From a virus: DNA of 64,000 bases. The notes under the pieces are model-generated. The model had not been told where the DNA came from and did not search any database. It was given only the letters and a program-made list of their open reading frames with translations. Shown here in pieces: positions 15,291 to 26,406 of the stretch. How positions within the stretch are numbered: the stretch's first letter is position 1; each line of letters begins with the position of its first letter. The DNA lies in the IMG/VR virus record IMGVR_UViG_3300028625_000001, positions 32,001-96,000 of that record; one strand, given 5' to 3'. Made by a program: the position numbers and the translations under genes.

Positions 15291-18200
15291 ATGGAACCAC
15301 AAGACACCTATGATTATCTATTGACTATGGGCGTTGATGCCAAAAAAGTCTTTGAGACGTTTAACAAGATTGATGAGCGGGCCGATCAGATTGGACAGAA
15401 TATAGACTTGAAAGGTTTACAACGCCTCACCACAGAAATGACTAATGTCCAGAAACAGCTTACCACAATCATAACCGACTTCAATAGACTAGGTACAATT
15501 ACAGGGAAAGTTGCAGCGCCTATCAACACTAAAGGAATAGAAAACGCGAAACAACAAGTAAGTAGCCTCAGCGACGCGATAAACAAGGTGAATCAACAAG
15601 TCGGAGCCTCTATAGAAAGTCAGTCAAAACAGGTAGAACAAAAATTTACCAAGAGTCTTAGCGACTTTGTAAAGAAGAACAAGGAAATAAGCTCAAGTAT
15701 TCCCGCTACATATAAAGACGCTTTCGCCGCGTTATCCGCCGAGGTACAAAAAACGATCCCGAAGATCCAGGAAGAGATGCGAAAGCTCGTCGATATATGG
15801 GATCAGCAATCACCAGAAGTCAAAGGACAAACCCCCCTTAAGAGTCTTATCCCCTCTCAACAAATAGCCTTAGATATGGAAGACGGCAAAAAAGCTATCT
15901 TTGAAGTAACTTATCAGTATGACAGGCTCAAGGACGAAATGACCGCCGTTGTTAAAGCTTCTAATGATGTAGCAAAGTCTATGAAGGATATTCCCACAAT
16001 GAAAGTCTTTGGTCAGGCGGTCGAGCCAGTCGAAAAGGTAAAAACCTCGCTCGAAGAAACGGCAACGACCATCAAGACCAGATATGGAGAAGCTTTCCAA
16101 ACTTTCAATAGACACATCAACGAGTCTTTCCCTAAAGCGGAAGAGAGAATAAAAAAGTTTGCCGATGAATGGGCCAAAATGTCGGAGGAACAAAAAAGAC
16201 AAACCCCCTTAAGTAAGATAGCAGATCCTGACTATTTTGTCATCGAGCTTGAAGACGGCAAAAAAGCTCTTTATGAAATAAGTTATGCCTATGACGAAGT
16301 GAATAAACAAGTAGTAGCCAACGTAAAGGCACATAACGAGTTTGCGAAATCACTTGATGAGATCCCTAACAAAGTCAAGTTAAGCGGCCAGGCTATGGTC
16401 AACAACTTCAGCAATGCAACTGAAGTCACTAGAAAAACACAGAGCGCCTTTATGGACTTGGCGCGGGAGATAAAAGACTCCGTTCCGGTCATGAAAGAGC
16501 AAATGGAAAGTTATGTCCGTGAATGGGAGAAAGTTAGAGGTATTGACCAAGAATCGATTCCTCTTGACGCCATGAAAAAGACCAAGCAATTTGTAGTCGA
16601 TATAGGCAATGGGCAAAAAGCACTCTATGAAGCTACTTATACATTCAACAGAATGACCGGCGAAGTCTCTACCTCCGTGAAGGCGGTTAATGACTTTGCT
16701 AAAGCCTTCGATGGTATACCCGGGAAGTTTGATGTTGCGAAAAGGGCCGGTCGTGGCGTAGTCGATACTCTTAGAAATATTCAGACCGTAGGGCTCGCCG
16801 CGCAAAAGGTTTTTACCTGGTTGGTCGCTACAACCCTAATATATGGGACCATCAGATCCTTCCAGAAATACGTTTCTATGTTGTCGGAGATCGAGGAGAA
16901 GTTTATTACTCTCCAGAAAGTTACAAGCGATACCGGGACAGTCGAGAGATATTTTGAAACAGCAATGGTCCTTGCAGATGCTTACCGCATGAAGATTCAA
17001 GATACCCTCGATGTCATGACCGAGTTTGCACGGCAGGGTCTGAGAGGCGAAGAACTCTTATATGCCACTCAAGCCGGACTTTTAGCGACTCAGGCGACCC
17101 CTTTAAGCGCAGAAGAATCTACTAAAGCGCTTATCGCTATGTCAAAACAATTCAATATAGCGGCTGAGGATCTTGCTCAGACAGTTGACAAGATAACGAA
17201 CGTAGCCAACAACTTTGCAGTAGAAGCAAAAGACCTTACAGAAGGGCTTTCTATCGTGGGACAAGTAGCTTCTATAACCGGGGCTACGATAGATGACATG
17301 TCCGCAATCATTGCCACGGCGGGAACCGTGACTAAAAAAGCGGGAAACGAAATAGGTAATGCCTGGAAGGTGATAATAAGTAGGATTTATGGTAGCGAAC
17401 AATCCCAGAGAGAAATATCTAACCTTCTTGGTCTTCCTATGGTAGATATCGTTAATCAACCGTTGGTGGAGCTCCTGGCTCAAATGGCGGACAGATGGAA
17501 GACGGTAGACGAGTCTCAGAAAAACGCCGTTGCCAGCGCTATTGTCGGACGCAGAAGATATGCCGATCTTGTGGCGGTCCTTGAGAATTTTGATCTCGTG
17601 GTCGATGCGGCCGCAACCTCTATCTCTTCTTTTGGTGCCGCAGAAAGGGCCGTCTCCTTACAGTTTGACAGCTTTAAGAGTGCGGTTCAGGAATTAAAGA
17701 ATACTGCTTATAACCTGACCAGGACTTTTGGAGACGAACTACTCAATGCCCTGGCGGGAGCGATAGACCCGGAAAGGATCGGGGCATTGATTACAGCGAC
17801 AGTAGCTCCCACGGTCATAAACGCTTTCTATAAGATATTCACAAAAACCGCTTTCCTTTCAAAGGGTTGGCTTGGCTTAGTCACCGCGGCTATTGCTGGG
17901 ATAGGTTTCGCAATAGTCTCTCATCTTGAAAAGGTAGAACAACTTAGGCGGCACTACACGAGGCTAGACAATGAAGTAGATACCCTTACAAAAGGATATA
18001 AAGACTTACAAGTTCAGCTTAGTAAAATAGATTCTTCGACAAAAGATGCAGCTTTTGAACAACAGAAATTACAGCTCGCTTTGACCAAGACTAAAGACAG
18101 GATAAGAGAACTCATTCCTTTTGTCACCAAGATAAGTGAGATCGATGGCAAGTTGTCTTTTGACATTGACGAAGAGTCTTATATGTATGCGCAGGAATTG

Positions 18201-21200
18201 TTGGACAAGCTACCAAAAGAGAAGAATATAAAACTCTTGCTTGAGTTCGACCCCGACAATATCAAGGCTGTCCAAGAAGCGCTTTCCGGCTCTCTTCAAG
18301 ACCTACTGGACCAGAAGATAAAAGAGTCAGGGTTTGGCGGCTTAATCAATACAATAACCGGCAAAACGGGGACTTCTTCTGCTTTATTAGCCTTGTTGCA
18401 GAAAGACTTTTATACACAAAGCCTAAAGAGTCCAATGGAGACATATAGGGAAATATTCAGACATCTCTATGGTGTTTCCAATGAAGGTGCATTTTACGAG
18501 TCTCAATTGGCAATCACCGAGATTTTAGGTAAGCGGATGGAAGGGTTAACGAACCTAATCGAAGAGCTTGACCGGTATGAGGCTATCTATAACGAGATTC
18601 TTAGTTTACCAGAGGAAAGAAGAAGTTCCGCAGGGAAGGAGTTCGTGTCCATCTTCGACTCTCTTGACCTCAAAAACGTGAAAAGAGAGTATATGTTACT
18701 TTTCGAAGGTTATAGAAGCTATATAGAACTCTTCCAAGAATATACAAAAGAAATAGAAGGAATGGCCTTCTCGGATTATATTGATGCTAATTTTGATATC
18801 TCTAACCTAGACTTCGACAATGCAGAAAAACTTATAGAAGCCTTACAGGGAGAAAACACAGAAAGGTCCTTGAAGCAGATTCTTATTTTAAGTGCTGCAA
18901 TTGGACAGGCCACAAAGAGGATAGAGGGGTTGGGGAACGAGCTCCAGGATGTCGAAATTCCCCAGGATGATCTTGATGCGCTTATAAAGTCTTTCAATAT
19001 CCAGGAGCAAACAAATGTCCTCGGAGATATAGGAGAGGATATCGAGATCGGTGTTGGTGCAATCAACAAGATTTACTCCGACGTTATGAAGACGATTCTC
19101 TCTCTCGATTCATTCAAAGCGCTTGAACAAATTAAGAACTTACAATCTCAGTTCGCGGCGTATCATATGGTCGAGAAAAGTAGCGTTGTTTATGCTCTTG
19201 ATGACTATTTTCAGACCTTCAAAGACTTGCAGCCACTGGAACAAGTTCTATCAACCACGTTTGGTAAGACTTCGTGGAAAGGGATGTTAGCCAGACTAAA
19301 TCTCCTTGAGAGTACGAAAGAGGAGAGTCTAGCCCCGGAAATAATAGGGATCTATAAACCCTTCTTAGAGGATATGGTAGCAATTCAAGAACTTGCTCTT
19401 GAATACATAACCAATGAGCTTAACTCTCTTAAGGAAATTGAGGATGCAACTTTTGCCACGACAGAAGAGGCAATTAACTATCTCTTCAAGACTAATTTTG
19501 GAGCCAATTGGGAAGACATAGCCCAGCTTGCTATAGGGCAGCCCGGGGTCAGAGGGGACAAACTTGTTTCTCAGCTAGGAATACTTGTCGGACAGGTAAA
19601 GTCGGCGAAACCGGAGGAACTAGACATAGAATCTCTCTATAAAGACATTATCGGAAACCTCGATATGCTTTCTTCTGAAGAGTTCGCAATAGTTCAGAAC
19701 ATGATCCTTGCCGGTGATAGAAGTGTTGACTGGATAAAGAAGTATTCCGACATAATCAATAAGAGAGAGGATACGCTTTCTGAGGCGGAATCGGTCATAA
19801 GACGTCAACTTGACGAGATGAAGCTTTCTATGCCAGACACTCAGGTACGCGATCTCCGTTGGTCCGGGGCGTATTCCCCAGACAAAGAAATAGAGATCGT
19901 TACTAAATACATAAGTCAAGTCTCCGCACTTGTTGCTGCTCAGACTAAGGCTTTAGGCATAGAAGACCCATTAATAATAGAAAAGTTGCAGGACGCCTTC
20001 GATATCGGCGCCGGGAGTTCTTTTATTGAACGTCTTGGTGATTTAGAGCTTCAGATAAAGGAGAATACCGAACAGTTTCTTAGCCAATACCAGAGCGTTC
20101 TTGACGGAGTAACTTTCCCAATAGAGCTGGCGGCAGAAATGCAATCAGACCTGACTAAAAAAGCCGCGGTCATAAGGAATAAGACCAGACATGTTTTTAC
20201 CACAGTCCCAGAGGTCTTGAAGACCTATGTAGATCGATTGATAAATCTCATAGGGTCAAGAGACATGGTATATATCGAGAACGAACTAAACGATATACAG
20301 ACCAGCCTTAAGGAGATCGACCCGACAAGTCTTACTGAACAAGATCTTGATAAACTGTCCGAACTGATGGGATATGTCAATTCATGGTCATCTACCATAG
20401 TAGATGCAATCTATGGAAACGTAGGTTCTACTCAGAAAGAATTAACCAACACCATAAATCTTCTAAGACAGAACCAGAACGAACCCATCTTAGAAGAACA
20501 ATACCAGAATCTATTCGACGCGATCCTTGAAATGTATGATAATATCCTTTCTAATGCCGAATCGATGGAGGATAACCTGGCGATAATCGGGAAAAATACG
20601 CTACGGACAACGATTATCTCCACTATCGAACAGGCAAAAAAAGAGGTTGAAGCGATTGCCAAGCAAGGGACGGGCGCCGATCTCAATAAACTCCAATCCC
20701 TCCTTGATCTATCCTCTGTCCTACAGGCTAGAATTGATAGCTACAATGAACTCTCGGCTAGTATAGAAGCCGGGATTAGCATGTATGACAAGAACGAAAC
20801 CATACAATTGATAGTGAATGGTATGGAGGAGATTTTTGAGCGCGGGGAGAAGAGGCTTGCCGAGTCTCTAACAATCAGGGTAGAAGACATATACGCAATA
20901 ATGAGTTCCTTGATAAGCGGAGATACCGCCGGACTAGCTTTCAGCGAAGATGTGTCTGGACTCATAGCCTCTCTTAATGCCGATCAGAGAAAAGCTGTGT
21001 ACGATAGATTCAATAGAGAGGTTCAAAAAACCAGATTTGGCGCTCAACAGAACATCGAAGCTCTCTTAAACCAGACACAGTACGGTCAGTTTACCGACCA
21101 GATAACCAGCATAGAGAATCTCTTGGGCCTAAACCGTGAACTTGGCGGGACTGGACTCGCAAAGCTTATACAGACCTCTTTAGATCAATTATACGGTGAT

Positions 21201-24200
21201 ATATATGCTTCGATAATAGGGGTTGTAGCTTCTGTGGATTCAGATATCCAATCTTATATAGACTCCGGTTTTGCGGCGGAATATCTTCCCGATCTGACTC
21301 TTCTTAAAAACAGACTTATTTCCTTTTTGGAAACACCTATAACTACTCTTGAAGAGGCAAAAGAGGCGGCAGTAGAGTTAGAAAAGTTTACAGATGAGTT
21401 TGACAGGATCTCGACCGCAACAGCTTCAAGAAGAACCGAAGCACAAAGAGAGGCAGAAAGAATATTAGAGTCGATTGACACAATTATAGGCTCGGATAAT
21501 GAGTCGATTGAAGTATATAGACGTGCTTTGCAAGAGATGCGAACTCTCGATATAACCGATCCATTTGTCAAAAGCCTACTTTCAAAAGAACTCGCTCAAA
21601 GAGAGAAAGAGTACAACGCGGCTATAGCAGATTACTTTGTTATGAATACCGATAACACAGTCTCCAGAGTCATAGAGGAAATAGAGATATATTCAAGAGC
21701 CGAAAGAGGACAGAGAGAGTACGACTATATCGACGACCAGGTAATCGGCTTGAAGGATAATCTAACCTCTCTCCGCGAGACTATAAATGAAGCTTTACAG
21801 TATGGCATCTCTGCCCCTGAAACAATTAGAAAGCTGGATGAATACATTTCGGGGCTAGATTCTATAACTAAAGAGAACCTTCTTGACCAGGGAGTCGAAA
21901 TCCTTGCGAGGTTAGACCTAGAATTAAAGTTTATAACTGATACGTCCAGAGAGGTTAGAGAAGAACAAACTCGCTTCTTGGGGCAATACGAGGGGTATTT
22001 TGACCGTTTCTCCGAACTCTCCCTTGATACGGTTGAAAACATTCGCAAGTACCGTGAGGTATATGAGCAAGCAAGGGCTGAAATCGATACTTCAATCCCC
22101 TTTCTTGCCGAAGGGATGAGGAATGTCGAGGAGAATATTCTATCGGCTTACGAACCACAACTAGACCTCATTAAGAGTCTAGCCGACCTTCATTTCGATT
22201 ACTGGCTTATGGGCTATGGTGGTCCCGAATACGACAAGATCAAAGAGTATATAAAGCAGCTTGAAGCCATGCCTGCACAGGCGACGGCTCCCGGAGAGGT
22301 TTTTACCTACCTCGAAGACATCTTGACCATAAGAGAGTCTGTGGATCTCTGGACTGACGAGTTTAACTCTCTTTCCAACGAATATACCAAGCAGTTCAGA
22401 GACTATCAGAAGAGGTTTGATGAAGTGAGCTCGATGACCTCGATCTATGAGCAAGCCCGTGCAGCGGGACAGCTCAGGGACGAATTAAAGGCTCAAATGC
22501 AGATCCTTCAGACAAAAGAAGTCTCTGCCTATAGCACATATGCTATAAACAATCTGACTGAAATGTTCAATTCCCTTACTGAAATAGTCGATGACTACGG
22601 TACTCAGTTTAAGATGGACTACCTCGGTTCCTTCAAACAAATGGTGATAGAAAGGACCGACACTTCTCAATTCAGGGAACGAATGATCGATCAATCACTT
22701 GATTGGTTGAGCACTCTTTATGGCTATCGTCAGCAATTGACAGAGGCAATGCCGTGGGGATGGGAAGACAGAGGAGGACTACTCTCTTTAATCGATGAGG
22801 CTGTCGCCGCTTTAAGAGGAGAAATTACAGGGACCGATTTCCTTGAAGAAGGAGACTTAAACAATCTCGAAGCCATCATAGCTAAAATGAAGCAAGCGCT
22901 AGTAGATTTGTCTGAGGTCCAGAACGACTTTACTCAAAGATTCGGTTTGACTATAGAACAAATTGGAGAAATATCGCTCAACACCGCAATCTCTCTCCAG
23001 GACTACAACGATAGGCTCATTCAGTTGAAGGCGGATATATCTGAGCATTACGAGGGACAGATCCCGCAAAACGTATTAGAAATCATAGAAGGGCTTGAAA
23101 AGAGTTATGTCAATGCTAAGACCTCTCTTATAGAATCGATTAAGAAGGACGCGGAAAATCTAGCCCTTGGAGAATATTCAAGTATCCTCCTTTCTCTTTC
23201 CGCTGTGGTTGGCGATAACAGGTTGCCCGGGGCGGAAGACGCCCAAGCCATGATAGAAGGATCTTTAACCAAAGAATTGAAGTCTATGTTTAAGAGTAAT
23301 ATCTATCAAATGAGGACCGATCTTATATCCAGAAGAAGATGGTTGACGACCCAACCGAACGCAGGCAAAGACATCGAGACTATCGATGCACTCCTCTCTG
23401 ATTTAGCTTCTATCAATTTTGCAGAAGCTACAGACTTGGCCTCTTTAACTAACGTAGCCAAAAGAGTGGTGGTACTTTCTTCAAACATCAAAGACCTTCT
23501 CGATGGTTACGATAGGATTGAGGAAGAGATTGAGTCTAACACTATTCTTCAGGATCTCCAGGCTGAATTGGAAACGATAAAAGGAGAGAAGGATGTAATA
23601 GTCCAATACCAATTAGCTCAAAAATTCAAAGGAAAGTTGGCCGCGGCAAGCCTCTTCGCCAGCAACATTATCGGGGGTATAATGGGAGACCTCATAGCCC
23701 AACAGATAAATATGTGGCTTAGAGAACTCACCGACATGACTAATATAGACATAAGAGACTCCGAAATAGTCAACATTATCGATATGATAAGGCAAGTCCA
23801 GACTGGATATCCTCATTCACAATCGATGGTTCGAACAACACTTAGAGATTATGTGCTCGGTCTTAGCAGTAATGTATCTATGATAAATGAAGCTGCCAGC
23901 TATGGAATCGGCGGGACTGAACAAGTCTTGTTAGGGATAGAAGAGATAGCGAGGTTGATAGATCAGGCGATAAGCGATCCCAGCTCAGTTAGCCTGACTG
24001 ATCTTGAAAACAAGATCGAAGAAGTCAAAGAACGTATAGACAATATAAAGACCTTCTCTGAAGATGCCCAAAGAAAGTTCTCTTCAAAATACGGATTCGC
24101 AGTAGAGGAGCTTCAACAGAGGGATGTGTCTGACTTAACTGCCGCTTTAGACTTCTTAAATGATTATGTCGAGTTAAGAGACTTGATACTAAGCGATGCG

Positions 24201-25907
24201 GATTATGCCAACGCTCCGGCTATACAAAGTTTGCTTAATAGCTTAAAAGCACGCGTTACAGACAGCACGGCTTTGTCCGCATTTAATATCCAGGAGAACC
24301 TTCTCTGGAAACTGAAGACGACTCAAGAAAACGTCCTCTCGATGACTGGAACTTCAGACCCACAACAGAGATATAAGATGGTCCTGGATATACTCGATCA
24401 GTTAGCTTTTATTGAATCGACGGCTCCGGTGGGGTTTAAGACTAGCTTGACTAAAGGGTTATCCGCTCCATACGCATTGGCCAACGTTGGTAGTTTTCAG
24501 GACGCTTTAGCCTTTAGACTTGCAAATATCATAAACGAGATAGCTTCACCGGAATATCTCAGCGCACTCGCCGCAGATCTTTTTGCAGAAGAAGAGAATA
24601 AGACTTATAAAGACAGCCTAAGCGCGAGCATAAGGGGGAAACTCGCCGACGTAAAACTTCTCTATGACGAGATAGGCTCCCTTGCCGGAGAATACGTTGT
24701 GACTAACTTCTCCCTTCAGACAGAAGAGATGACGAACACTTTCTACGACTATATCTCTAGCGTCAAGAATATCTATGACCAGATGAAAGAAGTAGGACTC
24801 ATAGATAGAGGTTGGTGGGATGAAAATGTTGCCCCGATGTTGGCAACGATGGAGATCCCGGACGGGGAAGTTACCGCCGAACAATTTGTTGCTTTCTATG
24901 AAAAGATTATATCCTTCATAACCATGTTCGAGGAACAAGGGATCGGTGAAGGCGGCTATATCTACCAGAGTATGCTGGATTACATCTCGGAGATAGAAAA
25001 TGCACTTGCACTAGAACCAGAATCGACCTTTGAGGCGAATCTAAAGCGGACAGCACAGGGCTTGCTTGCAGAGAAAAATAAGATAGACTTCGTGAAGTCT
25101 ATGGGCTTTAATACAGAAAGATTGCAACAACTCTGGCTGGAGAAGGTTTTAGAACAGGCTAATAAGGGAGTAGAGGATTACAAAACCTTACTTGAGGAAT
25201 ATCAAGAGGGTTTAGGATTCTATGAAATAGAAGACCCGCAGTATAAGGCGGCACTAGAAAAGGCAATTCAGGAACTTGAGAAGATCGATTCCTTCCCTGA
25301 GATGGTGGAGAAGATGGCTGAGATATTCTCCCTCATTGCCGAAGCGGGGGGCTCCCTTGAAAAATTAAACAACGAGATTGAAAAGACAGCCGCCATTGAT
25401 GAATTGAGAGAAGCGATAGGCACCGGGCTCGGAGGTATTGCCGGGTCTGTGTCTCATCCAGCCTTCAAAGGATTCTTTAACCTACTTTCAGATGCGACAA
25501 AGTTCCTTGACCCGAAGATAACCGAGCAACAAATGAAGGAAGCTTACTCTCTTATGGCGGAGAATTTCATAAACATATTTACTGGACTATTCGATCAAGA
25601 CCAGGGTTGGGTAAAGGGAATGAATATAGGAGCTCAATTCGGTCAGACAGTTGGCCCGGCTCTAACTTCGATGATAGCAAGTATGGGATATTCCAATCCT
25701 ATGATCTCCTTTGGAACCGTTATAGTCTCGGCGCTCGCCGGGGCAATAATCGGTTCTCTTACAGACAATTCAGAAAGTACAAGAGACAATACAGAGGCAA
25801 TAAGAGAACTTACAAGGACTATGAAAGAGTTTAAGTTGCAGACCTTTGCTATGCCGGACGCTTTTTATATGTACGGCATCAATATTCAACGCGGATATTC
25901 TAGTTAA
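15291..25907 (+). CDS. tail tape-measure protein (3538 aa)
   Basis: Uninterrupted 10.6-kb ORF. It has a canonical TMP core (LQKVTSDTG...MTEFARQGLRGEELLYATQAGL...DKITNVANNFAVEAKDL...GNEIGNAWKVIISRI), TM/Gly-rich segments, a very long helical region and a C-terminal Gly-zipper hydrophobic region. Confidence 0.85.
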   Translation: MEPQDTYDYLLTMGVDAKKVFETFNKIDERADQIGQNIDLKGLQRLTTEMTNVQKQLTTIITDFNRLGTITGKVAAPINTKGIENAKQQVSSLSDAINKVNQQVGASIESQSKQVEQKFTKSLSDFVKKNKEISSSIPATYKDAFAALSAEVQKTIPKIQEEMRKLVDIWDQQSPEVKGQTPLKSLIPSQQIALDMEDGKKAIFEVTYQYDRLKDEMTAVVKASNDVAKSMKDIPTMKVFGQAVEPVEKVKTSLEETATTIKTRYGEAFQTFNRHINESFPKAEERIKKFADEWAKMSEEQKRQTPLSKIADPDYFVIELEDGKKALYEISYAYDEVNKQVVANVKAHNEFAKSLDEIPNKVKLSGQAMVNNFSNATEVTRKTQSAFMDLAREIKDSVPVMKEQMESYVREWEKVRGIDQESIPLDAMKKTKQFVVDIGNGQKALYEATYTFNRMTGEVSTSVKAVNDFAKAFDGIPGKFDVAKRAGRGVVDTLRNIQTVGLAAQKVFTWLVATTLIYGTIRSFQKYVSMLSEIEEKFITLQKVTSDTGTVERYFETAMVLADAYRMKIQDTLDVMTEFARQGLRGEELLYATQAGLLATQATPLSAEESTKALIAMSKQFNIAAEDLAQTVDKITNVANNFAVEAKDLTEGLSIVGQVASITGATIDDMSAIIATAGTVTKKAGNEIGNAWKVIISRIYGSEQSQREISNLLGLPMVDIVNQPLVELLAQMADRWKTVDESQKNAVASAIVGRRRYADLVAVLENFDLVVDAAATSISSFGAAERAVSLQFDSFKSAVQELKNTAYNLTRTFGDELLNALAGAIDPERIGALITATVAPTVINAFYKIFTKTAFLSKGWLGLVTAAIAGIGFAIVSHLEKVEQLRRHYTRLDNEVDTLTKGYKDLQVQLSKIDSSTKDAAFEQQKLQLALTKTKDRIRELIPFVTKISEIDGKLSFDIDEESYMYAQELLDKLPKEKNIKLLLEFDPDNIKAVQEALSGSLQDLLDQKIKESGFGGLINTITGKTGTSSALLALLQKDFYTQSLKSPMETYREIFRHLYGVSNEGAFYESQLAITEILGKRMEGLTNLIEELDRYEAIYNEILSLPEERRSSAGKEFVSIFDSLDLKNVKREYMLLFEGYRSYIELFQEYTKEIEGMAFSDYIDANFDISNLDFDNAEKLIEALQGENTERSLKQILILSAAIGQATKRIEGLGNELQDVEIPQDDLDALIKSFNIQEQTNVLGDIGEDIEIGVGAINKIYSDVMKTILSLDSFKALEQIKNLQSQFAAYHMVEKSSVVYALDDYFQTFKDLQPLEQVLSTTFGKTSWKGMLARLNLLESTKEESLAPEIIGIYKPFLEDMVAIQELALEYITNELNSLKEIEDATFATTEEAINYLFKTNFGANWEDIAQLAIGQPGVRGDKLVSQLGILVGQVKSAKPEELDIESLYKDIIGNLDMLSSEEFAIVQNMILAGDRSVDWIKKYSDIINKREDTLSEAESVIRRQLDEMKLSMPDTQVRDLRWSGAYSPDKEIEIVTKYISQVSALVAAQTKALGIEDPLIIEKLQDAFDIGAGSSFIERLGDLELQIKENTEQFLSQYQSVLDGVTFPIELAAEMQSDLTKKAAVIRNKTRHVFTTVPEVLKTYVDRLINLIGSRDMVYIENELNDIQTSLKEIDPTSLTEQDLDKLSELMGYVNSWSSTIVDAIYGNVGSTQKELTNTINLLRQNQNEPILEEQYQNLFDAILEMYDNILSNAESMEDNLAIIGKNTLRTTIISTIEQAKKEVEAIAKQGTGADLNKLQSLLDLSSVLQARIDSYNELSASIEAGISMYDKNETIQLIVNGMEEIFERGEKRLAESLTIRVEDIYAIMSSLISGDTAGLAFSEDVSGLIASLNADQRKAVYDRFNREVQKTRFGAQQNIEALLNQTQYGQFTDQITSIENLLGLNRELGGTGLAKLIQTSLDQLYGDIYASIIGVVASVDSDIQSYIDSGFAAEYLPDLTLLKNRLISFLETPITTLEEAKEAAVELEKFTDEFDRISTATASRRTEAQREAERILESIDTIIGSDNESIEVYRRALQEMRTLDITDPFVKSLLSKELAQREKEYNAAIADYFVMNTDNTVSRVIEEIEIYSRAERGQREYDYIDDQVIGLKDNLTSLRETINEALQYGISAPETIRKLDEYISGLDSITKENLLDQGVEILARLDLELKFITDTSREVREEQTRFLGQYEGYFDRFSELSLDTVENIRKYREVYEQARAEIDTSIPFLAEGMRNVEENILSAYEPQLDLIKSLADLHFDYWLMGYGGPEYDKIKEYIKQLEAMPAQATAPGEVFTYLEDILTIRESVDLWTDEFNSLSNEYTKQFRDYQKRFDEVSSMTSIYEQARAAGQLRDELKAQMQILQTKEVSAYSTYAINNLTEMFNSLTEIVDDYGTQFKMDYLGSFKQMVIERTDTSQFRERMIDQSLDWLSTLYGYRQQLTEAMPWGWEDRGGLLSLIDEAVAALRGEITGTDFLEEGDLNNLEAIIAKMKQALVDLSEVQNDFTQRFGLTIEQIGEISLNTAISLQDYNDRLIQLKADISEHYEGQIPQNVLEIIEGLEKSYVNAKTSLIESIKKDAENLALGEYSSILLSLSAVVGDNRLPGAEDAQAMIEGSLTKELKSMFKSNIYQMRTDLISRRRWLTTQPNAGKDIETIDALLSDLASINFAEATDLASLTNVAKRVVVLSSNIKDLLDGYDRIEEEIESNTILQDLQAELETIKGEKDVIVQYQLAQKFKGKLAAASLFASNIIGGIMGDLIAQQINMWLRELTDMTNIDIRDSEIVNIIDMIRQVQTGYPHSQSMVRTTLRDYVLGLSSNVSMINEAASYGIGGTEQVLLGIEEIARLIDQAISDPSSVSLTDLENKIEEVKERIDNIKTFSEDAQRKFSSKYGFAVEELQQRDVSDLTAALDFLNDYVELRDLILSDADYANAPAIQSLLNSLKARVTDSTALSAFNIQENLLWKLKTTQENVLSMTGTSDPQQRYKMVLDILDQLAFIESTAPVGFKTSLTKGLSAPYALANVGSFQDALAFRLANIINEIASPEYLSALAADLFAEEENKTYKDSLSASIRGKLADVKLLYDEIGSLAGEYVVTNFSLQTEEMTNTFYDYISSVKNIYDQMKEVGLIDRGWWDENVAPMLATMEIPDGEVTAEQFVAFYEKIISFITMFEEQGIGEGGYIYQSMLDYISEIENALALEPESTFEANLKRTAQGLLAEKNKIDFVKSMGFNTERLQQLWLEKVLEQANKGVEDYKTLLEEYQEGLGFYEIEDPQYKAALEKAIQELEKIDSFPEMVEKMAEIFSLIAEAGGSLEKLNNEIEKTAAIDELREAIGTGLGGIAGSVSHPAFKGFFNLLSDATKFLDPKITEQQMKEAYSLMAENFINIFTGLFDQDQGWVKGMNIGAQFGQTVGPALTSMIASMGYSNPMISFGTVIVSALAGAIIGSLTDNSESTRDNTEAIRELTRTMKEFKLQTFAMPDAFYMYGINIQRGYSS

Positions 25908-25910
25908 TTA

Positions 25911-25947
25911 GAGGGCGGGGATATCCCCCGCTCTCCTTCTTCTTTTT
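25911..25947 (+). terminator. putative intrinsic terminator
   Basis: GAGGGCGGGG-ATAT-CCCCCGCTCTC followed by a CTTCTTCTTTTT tract. Confidence 0.45.
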
Positions 25948-25962
25948 GAGAGGAGGATCATC

Positions 25963-26406
25963 ATGACCTATAAATGGTTAATTACATACACAGAGGGCAG
26001 CGAACAAAAAAACAAAGAACTGAAAGTAAACCCGACCTCGATGCGAGATGGTTCTTCAGTCTCGGTCCAGAAAGATATCGATTTGAAGAATCAACCCATG
26101 ACAATTATTATTGGCGATTACCAGAGAACTTCTTTCACGGCCGAAATCCTTTATGGCGATGAAGAAGAACTCTTGTTTTGGAATACCCTAGCAGCTATGC
26201 AAACGGTCTTTACAATAAAGGATCATGTGTATCGCAGAGCCGAAAGCGACGGAGTATTTCCCGTGGGTGTAACTACTCTTACAGAGCTGGAACCGTTACA
26301 CAAACACCAGTGCGTGTTATCCAACATAAGTCACACCTATATAACGCGGACTGTCCCCCAGAGATACAACATTACCCTGACTTTTGAGCCTGTGGTGACG
26401 TCATGA
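25963..26406 (+). CDS. tail protein (position suggests distal-tail)
   Basis: 147-aa ORF directly after the tape measure, with an ATGA overlap to the next gene. Confidence 0.45.
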   Translation: MTYKWLITYTEGSEQKNKELKVNPTSMRDGSSVSVQKDIDLKNQPMTIIIGDYQRTSFTAEILYGDEEELLFWNTLAAMQTVFTIKDHVYRRAESDGVFPVGVTTLTELEPLHKHQCVLSNISHTYITRTVPQRYNITLTFEPVVTS

